From positions 1 to 53,322 of the forward strand of contig JAUWXV010000002.1 of NCBI GenBank assembly GCA_030616165.1: DNA of 53,322 nt, read 5' to 3'. Origin of the DNA: a bacterium (GTDB lineage Bacteria > SM23-31 > JAUVVT01). A model generated the notes under the pieces. That model was not told the origin of the DNA, ran no database searches, and worked only from the letters and a program-made list of their open reading frames with translations. This document shows, one piece after another, positions 37,259 to 47,594 of the stretch. The first letter of the stretch is position 1; the number at the start of each line of letters is the position of its first letter. A program made the position numbers and the translations under genes.

Positions 37259-38656
37259 TTAAATAATATATTTTTTCTTTTTTCTGGTTTCAATTTCTTC
37301 TTTTTTATTTCCAATCCCATTTTTTCTTAATAGATTATATGCAAACTTTTTTCCCTCTTCCACACCGGGTTGGTCAAATGGATTGATATTATAGAGATAG
37401 CCGGTAAATGCAGTTTGAATCTCAAACATATAAAACAACTGTCCCAGAGTAAATTCATTTATTTCAGGTAACGATATTAAACAGTTTGGTCTGGCGTTTT
37501 TTGTCAGAGTGGCTTCTGTAGCGATCCGTTCAGCATGAAAAAGTTCATTTAGTGAATGACCAGAAAGATAAGAAGGTCCCTCAATCCAATTGTAATGAGA
37601 AACCATTTCAATTTCTGATTTAAATTTTTCGACGCATAGCATTGTAATCACCTTATCATTTGGACCTTCGATATATAATTGAAGTTGGGAATGATGATCA
37701 GTTACTCCAAGCGCCTTAACCGGGGTTTGACCAGTGTGGACGATTTCTCCATTCAAAGAATATTTTTTCCCAAGGCTTTCAGCCAAGAGTTGTCTATACC
37801 AGTCGACTATTCCAAATAATGCATCCGAATACGATATCATCACTGAAATATTTTTGCCTTTTTTTGTATCAAAGAGATAATGCAGAACACCATTCATATA
37901 AGCAGGATTTTCCCAGATATTGAAATTTTCACAGGTTTTATCCATTGAAATAGCGCCTTCTAAGAGTTTATTAATATTAATTCCAGATACGGCGGATGGT
38001 AAAAGACCAACTGGTGATAGAACCGAAAATCTTCCTCCAACGCCTTTAGGTATAATAAAACTTTTCATTCCCTCTTCATCTGCAATCTTCCTAAAGTTCC
38101 CATTTTGTTCCTTAGTAGTGAATACAACATGCTTTTTAATGTCCTTATTTCCTAATGCTTTTTTTAATCTTTCAATAAATATGAGAAACTGTGCATTTGT
38201 TTCAGCAGTATTTCCAGATTTGCTGATAAAATTAAAACAGGAGGATTTCAGGTCAATAACATCAAAAATTCCCGAATGAGTATCCGGATCGATATTGTCC
38301 AGAAAAAATACTTTTGGATTTTTTCCTCCTTTATCTTTTGACAGAAGTTTATAATAAGGATGGTTTAATCCTCTTTGAAGTGCTATTCCTCCAAGAGCAG
38401 AGCCACCTATCCCCAAAACAATAAAATATTCAAACTCATTCTTAATATAATCCGCATAATCATTTATATCCTTTACCACATCTTCCTGATAGGGCAGTTC
38501 AAAAAATTTGATTTCTCCTCTCATTCGCATACTTTTTAAGTTCGTGTCTATTCTTTCACACTTTTTGATTAATGAATTTATCTCTTCTTCTGATATTCCG
38601 TTCTCTATTCCAATGAAATCAGCCATCATATTATTAAAATCATACTTTATTTCCAT
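37259..38656 (-). CDS. pgi: Glucose-6-phosphate isomerase
   Basis: Contains LGIGGSALGG, ISKSGNTAET, GGRFSVLSPVG and HHSQLQLYIEGP. GGAG SD upstream. Confidence 0.9.
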   Translation of the reverse strand: MEIKYDFNNMMADFIGIENGISEEEINSLIKKCERIDTNLKSMRMRGEIKFFELPYQEDVVKDINDYADYIKNEFEYFIVLGIGGSALGGIALQRGLNHPYYKLLSKDKGGKNPKVFFLDNIDPDTHSGIFDVIDLKSSCFNFISKSGNTAETNAQFLIFIERLKKALGNKDIKKHVVFTTKEQNGNFRKIADEEGMKSFIIPKGVGGRFSVLSPVGLLPSAVSGININKLLEGAISMDKTCENFNIWENPAYMNGVLHYLFDTKKGKNISVMISYSDALFGIVDWYRQLLAESLGKKYSLNGEIVHTGQTPVKALGVTDHHSQLQLYIEGPNDKVITMLCVEKFKSEIEMVSHYNWIEGPSYLSGHSLNELFHAERIATEATLTKNARPNCLISLPEINEFTLGQLFYMFEIQTAFTGYLYNINPFDQPGVEEGKKFAYNLLRKNGIGNKKEEIETRKKKKYII

Positions 38657-38847
38657 TTTAACTCCGTTATAATTATTTAGTTCTTATAAACTCTTATTTT
38701 ATTAAGTCTCATCTTCTCTTGAAAAAGTAAAGTAGAAAAGAAAATATAAAAATTGCAAAATTTCTACTCGTAAATACAGAAAAATTACTAAAAATTTTTT
38801 AACTTGTTTAAAGAGAAAATTTCGCAGAATCAAAAATTTATCAAAAT

Positions 38848-40299
38848 CTATGTTTTTAATCTTTTATAAAGGTCAGTATATTTTTTGGCGGATGCTTTCC
38901 ATGAAAAGTCTGATTTCATACAATTTGAGACTAAAATCCTCCATGTTTTTTTGTCCTTATAGAGATTCACAGCCCTTTCAACAGTAGAGACAAGTTCTCC
39001 CGGCAGATAAACATCAAAAACAAAACCATTTCCACTTTTATCATTTAAATCAAATTCCTTCACTGTATCAGCCAATCCACCTGTTTTATGAACAATGGGA
39101 ACAGTTCCATACTTCATAGATATCATCTGTCCCAGACCGCACGGTTCATAATTTGATGGCATAAGGAAAATATCTACACCAGCATAAATTAGATGAGCAA
39201 GTGCTTCATCAAATCTTAAATTCAATGCAATCTTTTCCGGATACTTTTCACTTATAGATTTTAAAATTTGTTGAAATTTTTTCTCCCCTGTTCCGAGAAT
39301 GACTAACTGAAGATTAAAACCTATCAATTCTTCAATGCATTCTCCAATTAAACCTAATCCCTTCTGTTCGTCTAATCTCGATATCATACCTATTAAAGGT
39401 ATTCTTTCTTCTTTAATAATTGGTAGTTCGTTTATTTTCAGGAGTTTTTCTTTATTAATCGCTTTGTTTTTCACAGTTTTAAGAGAATAAACCAATTCTA
39501 TAAGAGTATCAGTTTTGGGATTCCAGACTGTATAATCAATACCGTTAATAATCCCATAAAGGTCTTTTGCTCTCCATTCGAGAACACCCTCAAATCCACA
39601 CCCGAACTCTTTTGTCTGAATTTCCTTACTGTAAGTTTCACTAACTGTATTGATAATGTCTGAGTATACTATTCCGGCCTTTATCAGACTAAAATTTCCG
39701 AAAAATTCAATCTTCTCAAGTGCAAATTCTTTCCAACTTAATCCAGTAATATAATAAAGTTGACGTGGAAAATTACCCTGATATGCAAGGTTATGAATAG
39801 TGAATATAGTTGATATTCCTTGATAAAAAGGCTCATTCTGATAAATGGTTTTGAGATAAGCAGGCACGAGTCCGGTCTGCCAGTCATGACAATGAATGAT
39901 GTCAGGCTTCCAGTCAATTAATTTTAATGCTTCAAGAACACCTCTACAAAAAAATGTGAACCTTTGTAGGTTATCACGATAATCACCCGTTTCATCACCA
40001 TATAAAAAATCACGGTCAAAATATTCTTCATTGCCAATAAAGAAAACATCTATTTTTCTTCCGGTTTTACCTTTACTTAAAGTTCCGGACTTTTTCTCTG
40101 CACCTATTGGAACGTTGAAATCAAGACCAGTCTTTTCAATTTTGAAATCATCTTTATTAATCATTCTATAATCTGGCATCATAATCTTAACTTCGATACC
40201 TAATTTTTCAAGTTCTTTTGGCAAAGCTCCTGTTACATCCGCAAGACCTCCAGTTTTTGCAAATGGAGATACCTCAGATGAAACTAACAATACTTTCAT
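38848..40299 (-). CDS. glgA: Glycogen (starch) synthase
   Basis: Begins MKVLLVSSEVSPFAKTGGLADV, followed by HCHDWQTG and PSNYEPCGLGQM. The ATG at 40299 is preferred; the track start at 40308 is a TTG. Confidence 0.9.
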   Translation of the reverse strand: MKVLLVSSEVSPFAKTGGLADVTGALPKELEKLGIEVKIMMPDYRMINKDDFKIEKTGLDFNVPIGAEKKSGTLSKGKTGRKIDVFFIGNEEYFDRDFLYGDETGDYRDNLQRFTFFCRGVLEALKLIDWKPDIIHCHDWQTGLVPAYLKTIYQNEPFYQGISTIFTIHNLAYQGNFPRQLYYITGLSWKEFALEKIEFFGNFSLIKAGIVYSDIINTVSETYSKEIQTKEFGCGFEGVLEWRAKDLYGIINGIDYTVWNPKTDTLIELVYSLKTVKNKAINKEKLLKINELPIIKEERIPLIGMISRLDEQKGLGLIGECIEELIGFNLQLVILGTGEKKFQQILKSISEKYPEKIALNLRFDEALAHLIYAGVDIFLMPSNYEPCGLGQMISMKYGTVPIVHKTGGLADTVKEFDLNDKSGNGFVFDVYLPGELVSTVERAVNLYKDKKTWRILVSNCMKSDFSWKASAKKYTDLYKRLKT

Positions 40300-40381
40300 A
40301 ATATTCAATCCTATATTATTAAAATAATTTAATGTTAAGTAATTTCATTTAATTAACTGAACTTTGTTAAATTCTTAATAT

Positions 40382-40478
40382 GGTCAGACAGGAATGTCTA
40401 ACCTACCATTATTATTGATATTCTCACGCTCTTTTATTGAACTGTATGAACAGGTAGGACAGACATTCTTGTCTGTCC
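40382..40478. repeat. Second pair of family A REP-like elements in opposite orientations
   Basis: 40382-40407 reads GGTAGGTTAGACATTCCTGTCTGACC on the minus strand. 40453-40478 reads GGTAGGACAGACATTCTTGTCTGTCC on the plus strand. A 45-nt spacer separates them. Confidence 0.85.
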
Positions 40479-40612
40479 AAACGCAATTCGTATCTTTAAA
40501 AAAACACTAAGGTTCTGTAATTAATTTATTTATACTTTCTGAAAAATACATTGATTAGTCAAATTGATTCCTATATTATTAAAAATATTTAATTAAAGTG
40601 ATAAAACTTTAA

Positions 40613-40644
40613 TAATAAAAAAGCACACATTTATGTATGCTTTT
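40613..40644 (-). terminator. Rho-independent terminator after the aminotransferase-serA pair
   Basis: On the minus strand, AAAAGCA-(12 nt loop)-TGCTTTT is followed by TTTTATTATT. It lies about 50 nt after the stop at 40694. Confidence 0.55.
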
Positions 40645-40693
40645 CAAATGTGAATGTATATACAAATTATAAAAAAGACAAAGTTTATCTCTT

Positions 40694-41800
40694 TCATTTT
40701 TTCTTGATAATCTCATCAATACTGTGAAGATACTCATCGAGTATTTCTTCTGTTAAATCACCCATAGTGGGAATTCTGAAAGTATGATAACCTTTTGCAA
40801 CAAGTTTTTTATAACCTGCATCAAATAGATATCCTCTCTTTCTGAGTTCGCTTTTCAAAAAGTTTTTATCAAGTTCTGGAGGATGCTGAATACAGGTAAC
40901 AGTATCAGATGCAACATCGATAGAAGGAAACAACTTAAATCCCTCGTGTCCAATATAAATCCAGTCTCTTACTTTCTGGGCAAGTTTAGAATGTCTTATA
41001 AATCTATTTTCTAATCCCTCTTCATATAAGATATAATTTAGTTGGAAGTTTAAAGCATCGATTAATGCTTCGTTAGGTGTTGTTGGTGTCTGCTCTTTTA
41101 GATTGGAATCTCTGAAAGTAAGAAAATTAAAATATGTACCTTTTCTTTGCACAGTTTCAGCTTTTCTCATTGCTTCTTCGCTAACAGCACCAACAGCAAG
41201 CCCAGGTGGAAGACCAAAACACTTCTGTGTGGAAGAAACAACTATGTCAATATTCCAATCTTTAACTGGTATGGGTACGCCAGCCATCGAACTTACCGTA
41301 TCTACCATAACAAGTGCGCCGTAATTTTTAATAATCCCTGCTATCTCTTTAACCGGGTTTATCACACCGGTACTGGTTTCATTATGGGTTATTGTGACAG
41401 CACTGAATTTTTCATCCTTCATATGTTTTTCTATAATTTCTGGGTCTGCCGCCTTACCTGGTTCAAACGATACCCTTACAGCCCTCTTACCACAGCTCTC
41501 CACTATTTTGTGCCATAGGTCTCCGAACGCACCAATGCTAATACACAAAACGCTTTCTTCATCATTAACACAGTTCAATATAGCTGCTTCCATTAATCCT
41601 GTTCCTGAAGATGTGGAAATAATCATTTCATAATTGATGTTCTCAATATAAAGCAATTTTTTAAGATTTTCTTTTATCGGTTTTAGGCGTTTTGGAGTTT
41701 CTTCACTATCACGATGTCCCCACTGTGAACTGCTCATAATATTTAAAATTTCCGGTCTCACATAAACCGGTCCAGGAATCATTAATTTAAGATAACTCAA
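40694..41800 (-). CDS. Class-V PLP aminotransferase (serine-glyoxylate / phosphoserine aminotransferase-like)
   Basis: Contains LMIPGPV at the N-terminus and SSTQKCFGLPPGLA with the PLP lysine. The TTG start has AGGAGGTG 6 nt upstream. It is adjacent to serA. Confidence 0.8.
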   Translation of the reverse strand: MSYLKLMIPGPVYVRPEILNIMSSSQWGHRDSEETPKRLKPIKENLKKLLYIENINYEMIISTSSGTGLMEAAILNCVNDEESVLCISIGAFGDLWHKIVESCGKRAVRVSFEPGKAADPEIIEKHMKDEKFSAVTITHNETSTGVINPVKEIAGIIKNYGALVMVDTVSSMAGVPIPVKDWNIDIVVSSTQKCFGLPPGLAVGAVSEEAMRKAETVQRKGTYFNFLTFRDSNLKEQTPTTPNEALIDALNFQLNYILYEEGLENRFIRHSKLAQKVRDWIYIGHEGFKLFPSIDVASDTVTCIQHPPELDKNFLKSELRKRGYLFDAGYKKLVAKGYHTFRIPTMGDLTEEILDEYLHSIDEIIKKK

Positions 41801-41844
41801 TCACCACCTCCTAATTTTTTACTCAATATTAAACAATTCATGCA

Positions 41845-43443
41845 TTAAAAATGAACGACAAAGGCTTTATCGGCTCTTATTTTTTCTTTTATATTTTGAA
41901 TTATATTTAGGTTTACTGGACGTGAAGTATTTAAAACCGCTATTGCAAATTTCCCATCAATACTTGTCTTGTATCTTCCATCCAATATGTTAATATCATT
42001 TTCACTATAAATACTGCCTATTTGTCCGGAAATACCTTTTCGGTCATCATATGTAAAGACGGAAATATTTCCGGAAGGAATAATATCGACATTTTCAAAA
42101 TTGTCCACTCTCCTAATAATTGCTTTATCTCCTGTTATAAGTGTTCCTCTGACGCTGGTTTCTGTATATCTATCCATAATTTTTGCGACAATATCAAGTG
42201 TTATAGAATCTCCATGCCCTTTAAGGTCGTCAGGTCTTCGTGGAGTGATTATTATTCCGTTCTCTTGAGCCACATTCTCTGCCATAATAGGGGTAACCTT
42301 TTTATCAAGAAAATTATCAAGAACACCCATTATTCCCGATTTTAATAAAATAGATGTATATTTAAACAGATTCCCATAACAAGTTATCTTTATTTCGTAA
42401 GGCTGTCCATGGTCTTTAATCATATAATAGGCAAATTTACCAAGCAGCATAGCAAGATTCATATACATAGTGTTTAAATCAAAGGGAATTTCGATAAGAT
42501 TTACAGAATTTTTAATAACTCCAGCATTAAAGAAATTCACAGTCTGTTCGGCACTTTGTTTTGCTGTTCGATAATTAGCATCTTTTGTGCTGGCTCCTAT
42601 ATGAGGGGTCATTATAACTCTATTACCAAAAGACGAAAGGCTTTTTTCACCTTCCTTATCTCCTTCGTAAAAAAGGTCAGCGGCTGCCGTGATGCTCGGC
42701 TTTTCATCCAAAATCTTTTCAAGTGCTCCCTCCTCTATCAATTCTGCCCTTGATGCATTTATTATCATTGCATTTTCTTTCATCAATTTGAGGGTCTTAT
42801 ATTTTATCATTCCTTTAGTATCGGGTGTTAGAGGAACATGCAATGTTATAAAGTCGCTATTTTTAAAGAGTTCATCCAGTGAAACAATCTTCACCCCTAA
42901 TATGCTGGCACGTTCTGAGGATAGTATAGGGTCATAGCATATAATATTCATATCAAATCCTTTTGCTTTTCTTGCAACCCTACTGCCAATATTTCCAACA
43001 CCCACAATACCAATAGTTTTTCCTGTAAGTTCAAATCCCATCAACTGTTTTTTAAGCCATTCGCCTTTTTTTGTTGTAGAGTCAGCCTTTAATATTAACC
43101 TTGATGAGACAAACATATATGCAAAAACAAGTTCAGCAACAGAATTAGAATTAGCATCTGGTGTATTCATTACAAGGATATCCCTTTTTGAAGCACTTTC
43201 AAGATCGATAGTATTTACCCCGGAACCCGCTCTCACTATCAATTTCAGATTTTTCCCTGCATCGATAACAGATTCATTAACCTGTTCACTTCTCACTATT
43301 AATCCGTGATAATCACCAATCACAGATTCAAGTCCTTCCGGTATGGTCTCCATAACAACTGGTTCAAGCCCACCACTTTTTAATATATCACTAACAACGG
43401 GACTTAATTTTGTTGCTATTAATATCTTAATATTACTTTTCAT
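41845..43443 (-). CDS. serA: D-3-phosphoglycerate dehydrogenase, long form with a C-terminal regulatory domain
   Basis: The NAD motif is GIVGVGNIGSRVA, with the 2-hydroxyacid dehydrogenase strings HVPLTPDT and TPHIGAST. The 532-aa length fits a type I enzyme with ASB/ACT domains. Confidence 0.9.
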   Translation of the reverse strand: MKSNIKILIATKLSPVVSDILKSGGLEPVVMETIPEGLESVIGDYHGLIVRSEQVNESVIDAGKNLKLIVRAGSGVNTIDLESASKRDILVMNTPDANSNSVAELVFAYMFVSSRLILKADSTTKKGEWLKKQLMGFELTGKTIGIVGVGNIGSRVARKAKGFDMNIICYDPILSSERASILGVKIVSLDELFKNSDFITLHVPLTPDTKGMIKYKTLKLMKENAMIINASRAELIEEGALEKILDEKPSITAAADLFYEGDKEGEKSLSSFGNRVIMTPHIGASTKDANYRTAKQSAEQTVNFFNAGVIKNSVNLIEIPFDLNTMYMNLAMLLGKFAYYMIKDHGQPYEIKITCYGNLFKYTSILLKSGIMGVLDNFLDKKVTPIMAENVAQENGIIITPRRPDDLKGHGDSITLDIVAKIMDRYTETSVRGTLITGDKAIIRRVDNFENVDIIPSGNISVFTYDDRKGISGQIGSIYSENDINILDGRYKTSIDGKFAIAVLNTSRPVNLNIIQNIKEKIRADKAFVVHF

Positions 43444-43883
43444 TGCTCGCTCTTTTAGTTAATTAACAAAACTTTAGCAAATTATTAAATTTACAAATTT
43501 TTTATAAAAAATTTAGAAATACTTTAAATCATTTTAAATTTAAAGTTTTGATTATTAAGAATTTAGGATAACTCATTCTTAAGATTTTTAATTATTAAGA
43601 GAATAATTTTTTTATAAATTTATATTATAATTATTATAAAGTCAAATAAATTTTTTTGTGAATTATTTAATCCAAATAATTTATAAAATTCTTTATTTTA
43701 TTAAACAATTTACTGATATTATTAAAATTAATACAGAATTAACCTTGAAACAAGTTCAGAATGAAAATAACAAAATTTGTGAATAAATCAGGTTAGAGAA
43801 CTTTAGATGACCTGATAAACTAAAATTTAAAAATATTCTTTAGTTCTTCCGTTTTTTTCTATTTCGATTTTTGTGATTAAATA

Positions 43884-44291
43884 TTAATAATCTGATTTAA
43901 TTCCTGGAATATTTAATTTTAAAACATTTTCTTCCTTTTCCCATTCATATTTCCATCCAAAAGCATTGGAAAGTATGTCAACCGGAAAATAATATTCTTT
44001 TAAAATTACTATCATATCACCTTCATTTCTGCCAACGGTAAAAGGAATGCATAATTCATCCATACAAACGCCAAATTGTTCTCCTTTAGCCAATTCTTTT
44101 ATTTCCAAATCTAAATGCTTTTCCAGGAAATAAGCAGACGTGTATAACTTTTCATTATAAACAATAATATTTTTATTAGAAGAATCAATAAGTTTACTAT
44201 TAATAATGACTTTTGACACGCTCTGTGGAAATTTTCCACAAAGGGAAAAGAGCAATAATATTAATAGAAAATAAAAATATAATTTAATCAT
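43884..44291 (-). CDS. Small secreted or lipoprotein of unknown function
   Basis: The ATG at 44291 gives MIKLYFYFLLILLLFSLCGK with a lipobox-like SLC. No recognisable catalytic motif. It is the last gene of the thiol-redox cluster. Confidence 0.45.
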   Translation of the reverse strand: MIKLYFYFLLILLLFSLCGKFPQSVSKVIINSKLIDSSNKNIIVYNEKLYTSAYFLEKHLDLEIKELAKGEQFGVCMDELCIPFTVGRNEGDMIVILKEYYFPVDILSNAFGWKYEWEKEENVLKLNIPGIKSDY

Positions 44292-44336
44292 TTTATTCTG
44301 CACCAAAATGTTAATTAATAAGTTTTAAAATTTTCT

Positions 44337-45422
44337 TTATTGCAACATAATTAGTTTTTTCGTATCTATAAAGTCTCTTATTTTTATTTTATAAAGATAA
44401 ATTCCACTGGAAACTTTTGTACCAGATATGTTCGTTCCATCCCATCTAACTAAATAATGTCCTGCAGTTTTCTTTTCATTTACTAAAGTTTTCACATCTT
44501 GACCGAGAATACTATATATATTCAAAACTACAAAACTATTAAAAGGTATCTGATAATTAATAGTTGTTTCTGAATTAAATGGATTAGGATGGTTTTGAAA
44601 TAATTTGAAATTATCAGGATGAAATAAATCGCCATATTCTTCTTTAATACCTGTAGTTTGTGATAAGTCAGTCTCCTCTGCTTGTTGTACTGGACCTATA
44701 CCGTTACCCAAATCTTCATGGACAAAGACAACAATATGACAGAGCCTGTCGTTATAGTCTGAATTTAATGAAAAATTATAATTTTTCTGGATACTTGTAT
44801 TATTGCTTAATGGGGAAGTATTCAGAACTTCACCAAATACTCCAGTAATCATCTCCCGCACTACATGCTTATGGTAGTAAGGAGATATTTCAGTATATGG
44901 TTTTCCGTAGATTTTCTGCGTATAGTTGAGACTGTCTTCACTTATCACCACATTAATACGATATGTGCCCGATAAGTCGGCAAGGGTTTTAAGGTTAACA
45001 TTAAGACTTACATTCCGTGTCGAGGAATTATAATCACCTTCTAATGATATTGAAAATGTCGGGCTTACTGAAGATCGTTCAAGACATCTTTTCCCCCAAT
45101 CACCGCGGCTTATTGGAATTTTCGAAGCGCCAGGGAATTGAATCCTGTCAATAGCCGCCTGAGGATAAGCAGGCGACATTGCATCGATTAACTGGTCTCC
45201 ATAGGAAGTACTCATTGGATCCGATTTATGGTAAGCTATAACAATTACATCATTTCTCTCCGACAATATCTGTTTAATAATATCCGCTCCATAAGGACAC
45301 CAACCGCACCAGGTTCCTGTGAACTCCTCCAGTAAAACCTTTCGCTGACCATAGACAGTTAAGGAAATAAAAATAGTCAACACAAAAATAGAGAATAAAA
45401 TATTTCTTATCATTTTAATCAT
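44337..45422 (-). CDS. Omp28-like thioredoxin-fold protein (CxxC) with a T9SS type-A C-terminal sorting domain
   Basis: A signal peptide is followed by VLLEEFTGTWCGWCPYG. The C-terminal roughly 85 aa (LFQNHPNPFNSETTINYQIP...SGIYLYKIKI...KKLIMLQ) match the Por secretion tail pattern. Confidence 0.75.
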   Translation of the reverse strand: MIKMIRNILFSIFVLTIFISLTVYGQRKVLLEEFTGTWCGWCPYGADIIKQILSERNDVIVIAYHKSDPMSTSYGDQLIDAMSPAYPQAAIDRIQFPGASKIPISRGDWGKRCLERSSVSPTFSISLEGDYNSSTRNVSLNVNLKTLADLSGTYRINVVISEDSLNYTQKIYGKPYTEISPYYHKHVVREMITGVFGEVLNTSPLSNNTSIQKNYNFSLNSDYNDRLCHIVVFVHEDLGNGIGPVQQAEETDLSQTTGIKEEYGDLFHPDNFKLFQNHPNPFNSETTINYQIPFNSFVVLNIYSILGQDVKTLVNEKKTAGHYLVRWDGTNISGTKVSSGIYLYKIKIRDFIDTKKLIMLQ

Positions 45423-45487
45423 TTCCTTCTTCCTTCATTTAAATTTAAGGTTAAATGTGAACTATTGTCTTCCCTTTCTAAATAAAT

Positions 45488-47146
45488 TTATAGTTGTGTG
45501 GTTATATTAAATCTCCATCCTTTAAAAGCAGGAACAAACCTGCATAAACCATTAGTGCAGATTAATCCTCCTCGTTCATTTCCGTAAGTTATTTCAAATA
45601 TTTGCCTTGAACGAAACCTATATTGAATAGAACCTGAAACCCATGATGTTTTCCCAGAAATGTCGGCTCCTTTTGATAAAAACTCTGTATTTATTCCAAA
45701 ACTCCAATTTGGTGCCTTTGAGAAACCTAAACTCAGAATTTGATTGTTAAAATATTTCCCGGGATGTATTGATTCTGAAAATCGCTGATATTCAGAGGAT
45801 AGAAGCAAAGTATAAACGCTTGATATCAAATAATTTATACGTAACGGCAAAACAAACATCCTTCTCTGTTCAGATATTTCTGGAAAAAAGTCATTATAAA
45901 TAGTCTCAAAAACATAAGAAATACCACCAGTTATAGATGAGCCATTCATTAAATAATGTTCAACCTCAGCATAAATGTTCCAGAAAGGTGAAAATGAATT
46001 ATCCAGAGAAGGAATCCATGAGAAGTGGTCATCTCGACGAATAAATTCTCCGCTTGTAGTCTTTAAATAATTATAATGCCTGCTTGCTATACCTCCATTT
46101 AAGTTCAAAATAGTCTGTGATGCGAGCGAATGATAAAAATCTAACTGCAATCCTACTTCGTCATTAAAATCTACAATGTGAAGGCTTCGGCTAAGAAAAA
46201 TCCAGCTGTGTTCCTTCAAAGCAATCGGAGGATTTTGAAATGATAGAAATCGGTTATGACGAAGTTCAAACTCTCGTTTTTCTGGGGAAACAAGTCCAAA
46301 TCTATAACTTTTGTATTCCATTGCTAATCCGGAAGTTTCATTAGAATAATTAACTCCAATATAAACACTGTTTTTATCTTTAAAAAATAAATTTTTTCCA
46401 CTTTGAGATTTTGATGCGATATTTCCATATAACTGCAGACTCCTAATTTGTAGGTCACACCATATTTCGGCTAAATATGTGTCGAAAGATTCACGGTTAT
46501 ATCCTACATCCTGCGAGATATTAGCCCAGACGAAACTGCCTCCGAGATGTATATTTTCAGAGATTTTACGTTGAAGTAATCCCCCTCTTGGAGCATATTT
46601 TATGACATCGCGGGAATATGGTATTCTTTCGTAATTGTAAGACCCTGCTATCAGGTTGATCAATGACTCCTCAGATTCATATTTTATATTAATTCCGCTA
46701 ATTTCACTGTCATGACCTATTGGCTTCTCTTCATAAGAGTTCAGCACCAGGCCGCGTGAAAAAAGAGAACTGAATGTACCTGTTCTCACGCGCCACGGTC
46801 CCTTACGGTATTCTAAATAATACTTTCTGAGTTTGTTGTGACTAATTCCGAATTCTGCAGGATGTTCATATTCATATCTGCTGCCTACTATAAAATTTTT
46901 CCATGTGAGTTGAAGGTTGAATTCCTGTTCGAGATATTCCTTTTCATTTTCCATTCCAAAGAATTCTTCATCTCCTTTACCGAGTCTGATATAGTTTGAA
47001 ATAGAAATACCCGGCTTCTGCGCTCTGATTACAGTTAAATCATGAATAAATAAGACACATAACCCTATCCCTATCACTCCTTTTAAGGATATTTTATTTT
47101 TTATTCTGAAGATGGAGTTCAATTTCTTTTTGTAAAAATTTTTCAT
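45488..47146 (-). CDS. Predicted outer-membrane beta-barrel protein (possibly DUF6029-like)
   Basis: Alternating aromatic/hydrophilic beta-strand pattern throughout, Tyr/Gly/Ser/Asn rich, with an N-terminal signal-like segment. The family name is from memory only. The start is uncertain because it overlaps the upstream gene by 53 nt. Confidence 0.45.
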   Translation of the reverse strand: MKNFYKKKLNSIFRIKNKISLKGVIGIGLCVLFIHDLTVIRAQKPGISISNYIRLGKGDEEFFGMENEKEYLEQEFNLQLTWKNFIVGSRYEYEHPAEFGISHNKLRKYYLEYRKGPWRVRTGTFSSLFSRGLVLNSYEEKPIGHDSEISGINIKYESEESLINLIAGSYNYERIPYSRDVIKYAPRGGLLQRKISENIHLGGSFVWANISQDVGYNRESFDTYLAEIWCDLQIRSLQLYGNIASKSQSGKNLFFKDKNSVYIGVNYSNETSGLAMEYKSYRFGLVSPEKREFELRHNRFLSFQNPPIALKEHSWIFLSRSLHIVDFNDEVGLQLDFYHSLASQTILNLNGGIASRHYNYLKTTSGEFIRRDDHFSWIPSLDNSFSPFWNIYAEVEHYLMNGSSITGGISYVFETIYNDFFPEISEQRRMFVLPLRINYLISSVYTLLLSSEYQRFSESIHPGKYFNNQILSLGFSKAPNWSFGINTEFLSKGADISGKTSWVSGSIQYRFRSRQIFEITYGNERGGLICTNGLCRFVPAFKGWRFNITTQL

Positions 47147-47594
47147 CTCCCGATAAATAACCTGTATGCCTTAGAATAATTTCCCGCTCTTTACTGATTA
47201 GCACAGTAAATGGAATTGCCCAGCTATTAAAAAGATGAAGGAGTTCCTGATTAGGATCGATACAAAAAATAAAGGGGAATCGGTGAATTGATATATAACT
47301 TCGGACTCTGGCAAGGCTTCTGGGTCTATCTTGGTTAACGGCTACTATTGAAATTTGATTAAAAGGATATTCATCTTTGAGCCTGTTTAATGCCTGTAGC
47401 TCTTCTTTACAAGGATTGCACCAAAGTGCCCAAAAAGTGATTAGTACTGGAGCCTTGTTAATCAGTGAATCGATGAGAATAATTTCATTTTTCAATGTTT
47501 TGAGAGAGAATTGAAATGACTTTTCGCCGGCATTTACAGATGCATAAAAGTTTACCAGAATAACAATTGAAATTGTGTATATTTTTAATTTCAT
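47094..47594 (-). CDS. TlpA/ResA-family periplasmic thiol:disulfide oxidoreductase
   Basis: FWALWCNPCKEEL is the WCxxC active site. The signal/anchor MKLKIYTISIVILVNFYASVNA starts at the ATG at 47594. The track start at 47648 is a GTG further upstream. Confidence 0.8.
   Translation of the reverse strand: MKLKIYTISIVILVNFYASVNAGEKSFQFSLKTLKNEIILIDSLINKAPVLITFWALWCNPCKEELQALNRLKDEYPFNQISIVAVNQDRPRSLARVRSYISIHRFPFIFCIDPNQELLHLFNSWAIPFTVLISKEREIILRHTGYLSGDEKFLQKEIELHLQNKK

Noticed and set aside
43444-43883. The 440-nt AT-rich spacer upstream of serA as a possible ncRNA or riboswitch.
   Set aside because: It contains only short AT-only inverted repeats (e.g. CTTAAGAAT/ATTCTTAAG, ATCAGGT/ACCTGAT) that are expected by chance at this composition. 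No conserved riboswitch core was recognisable.
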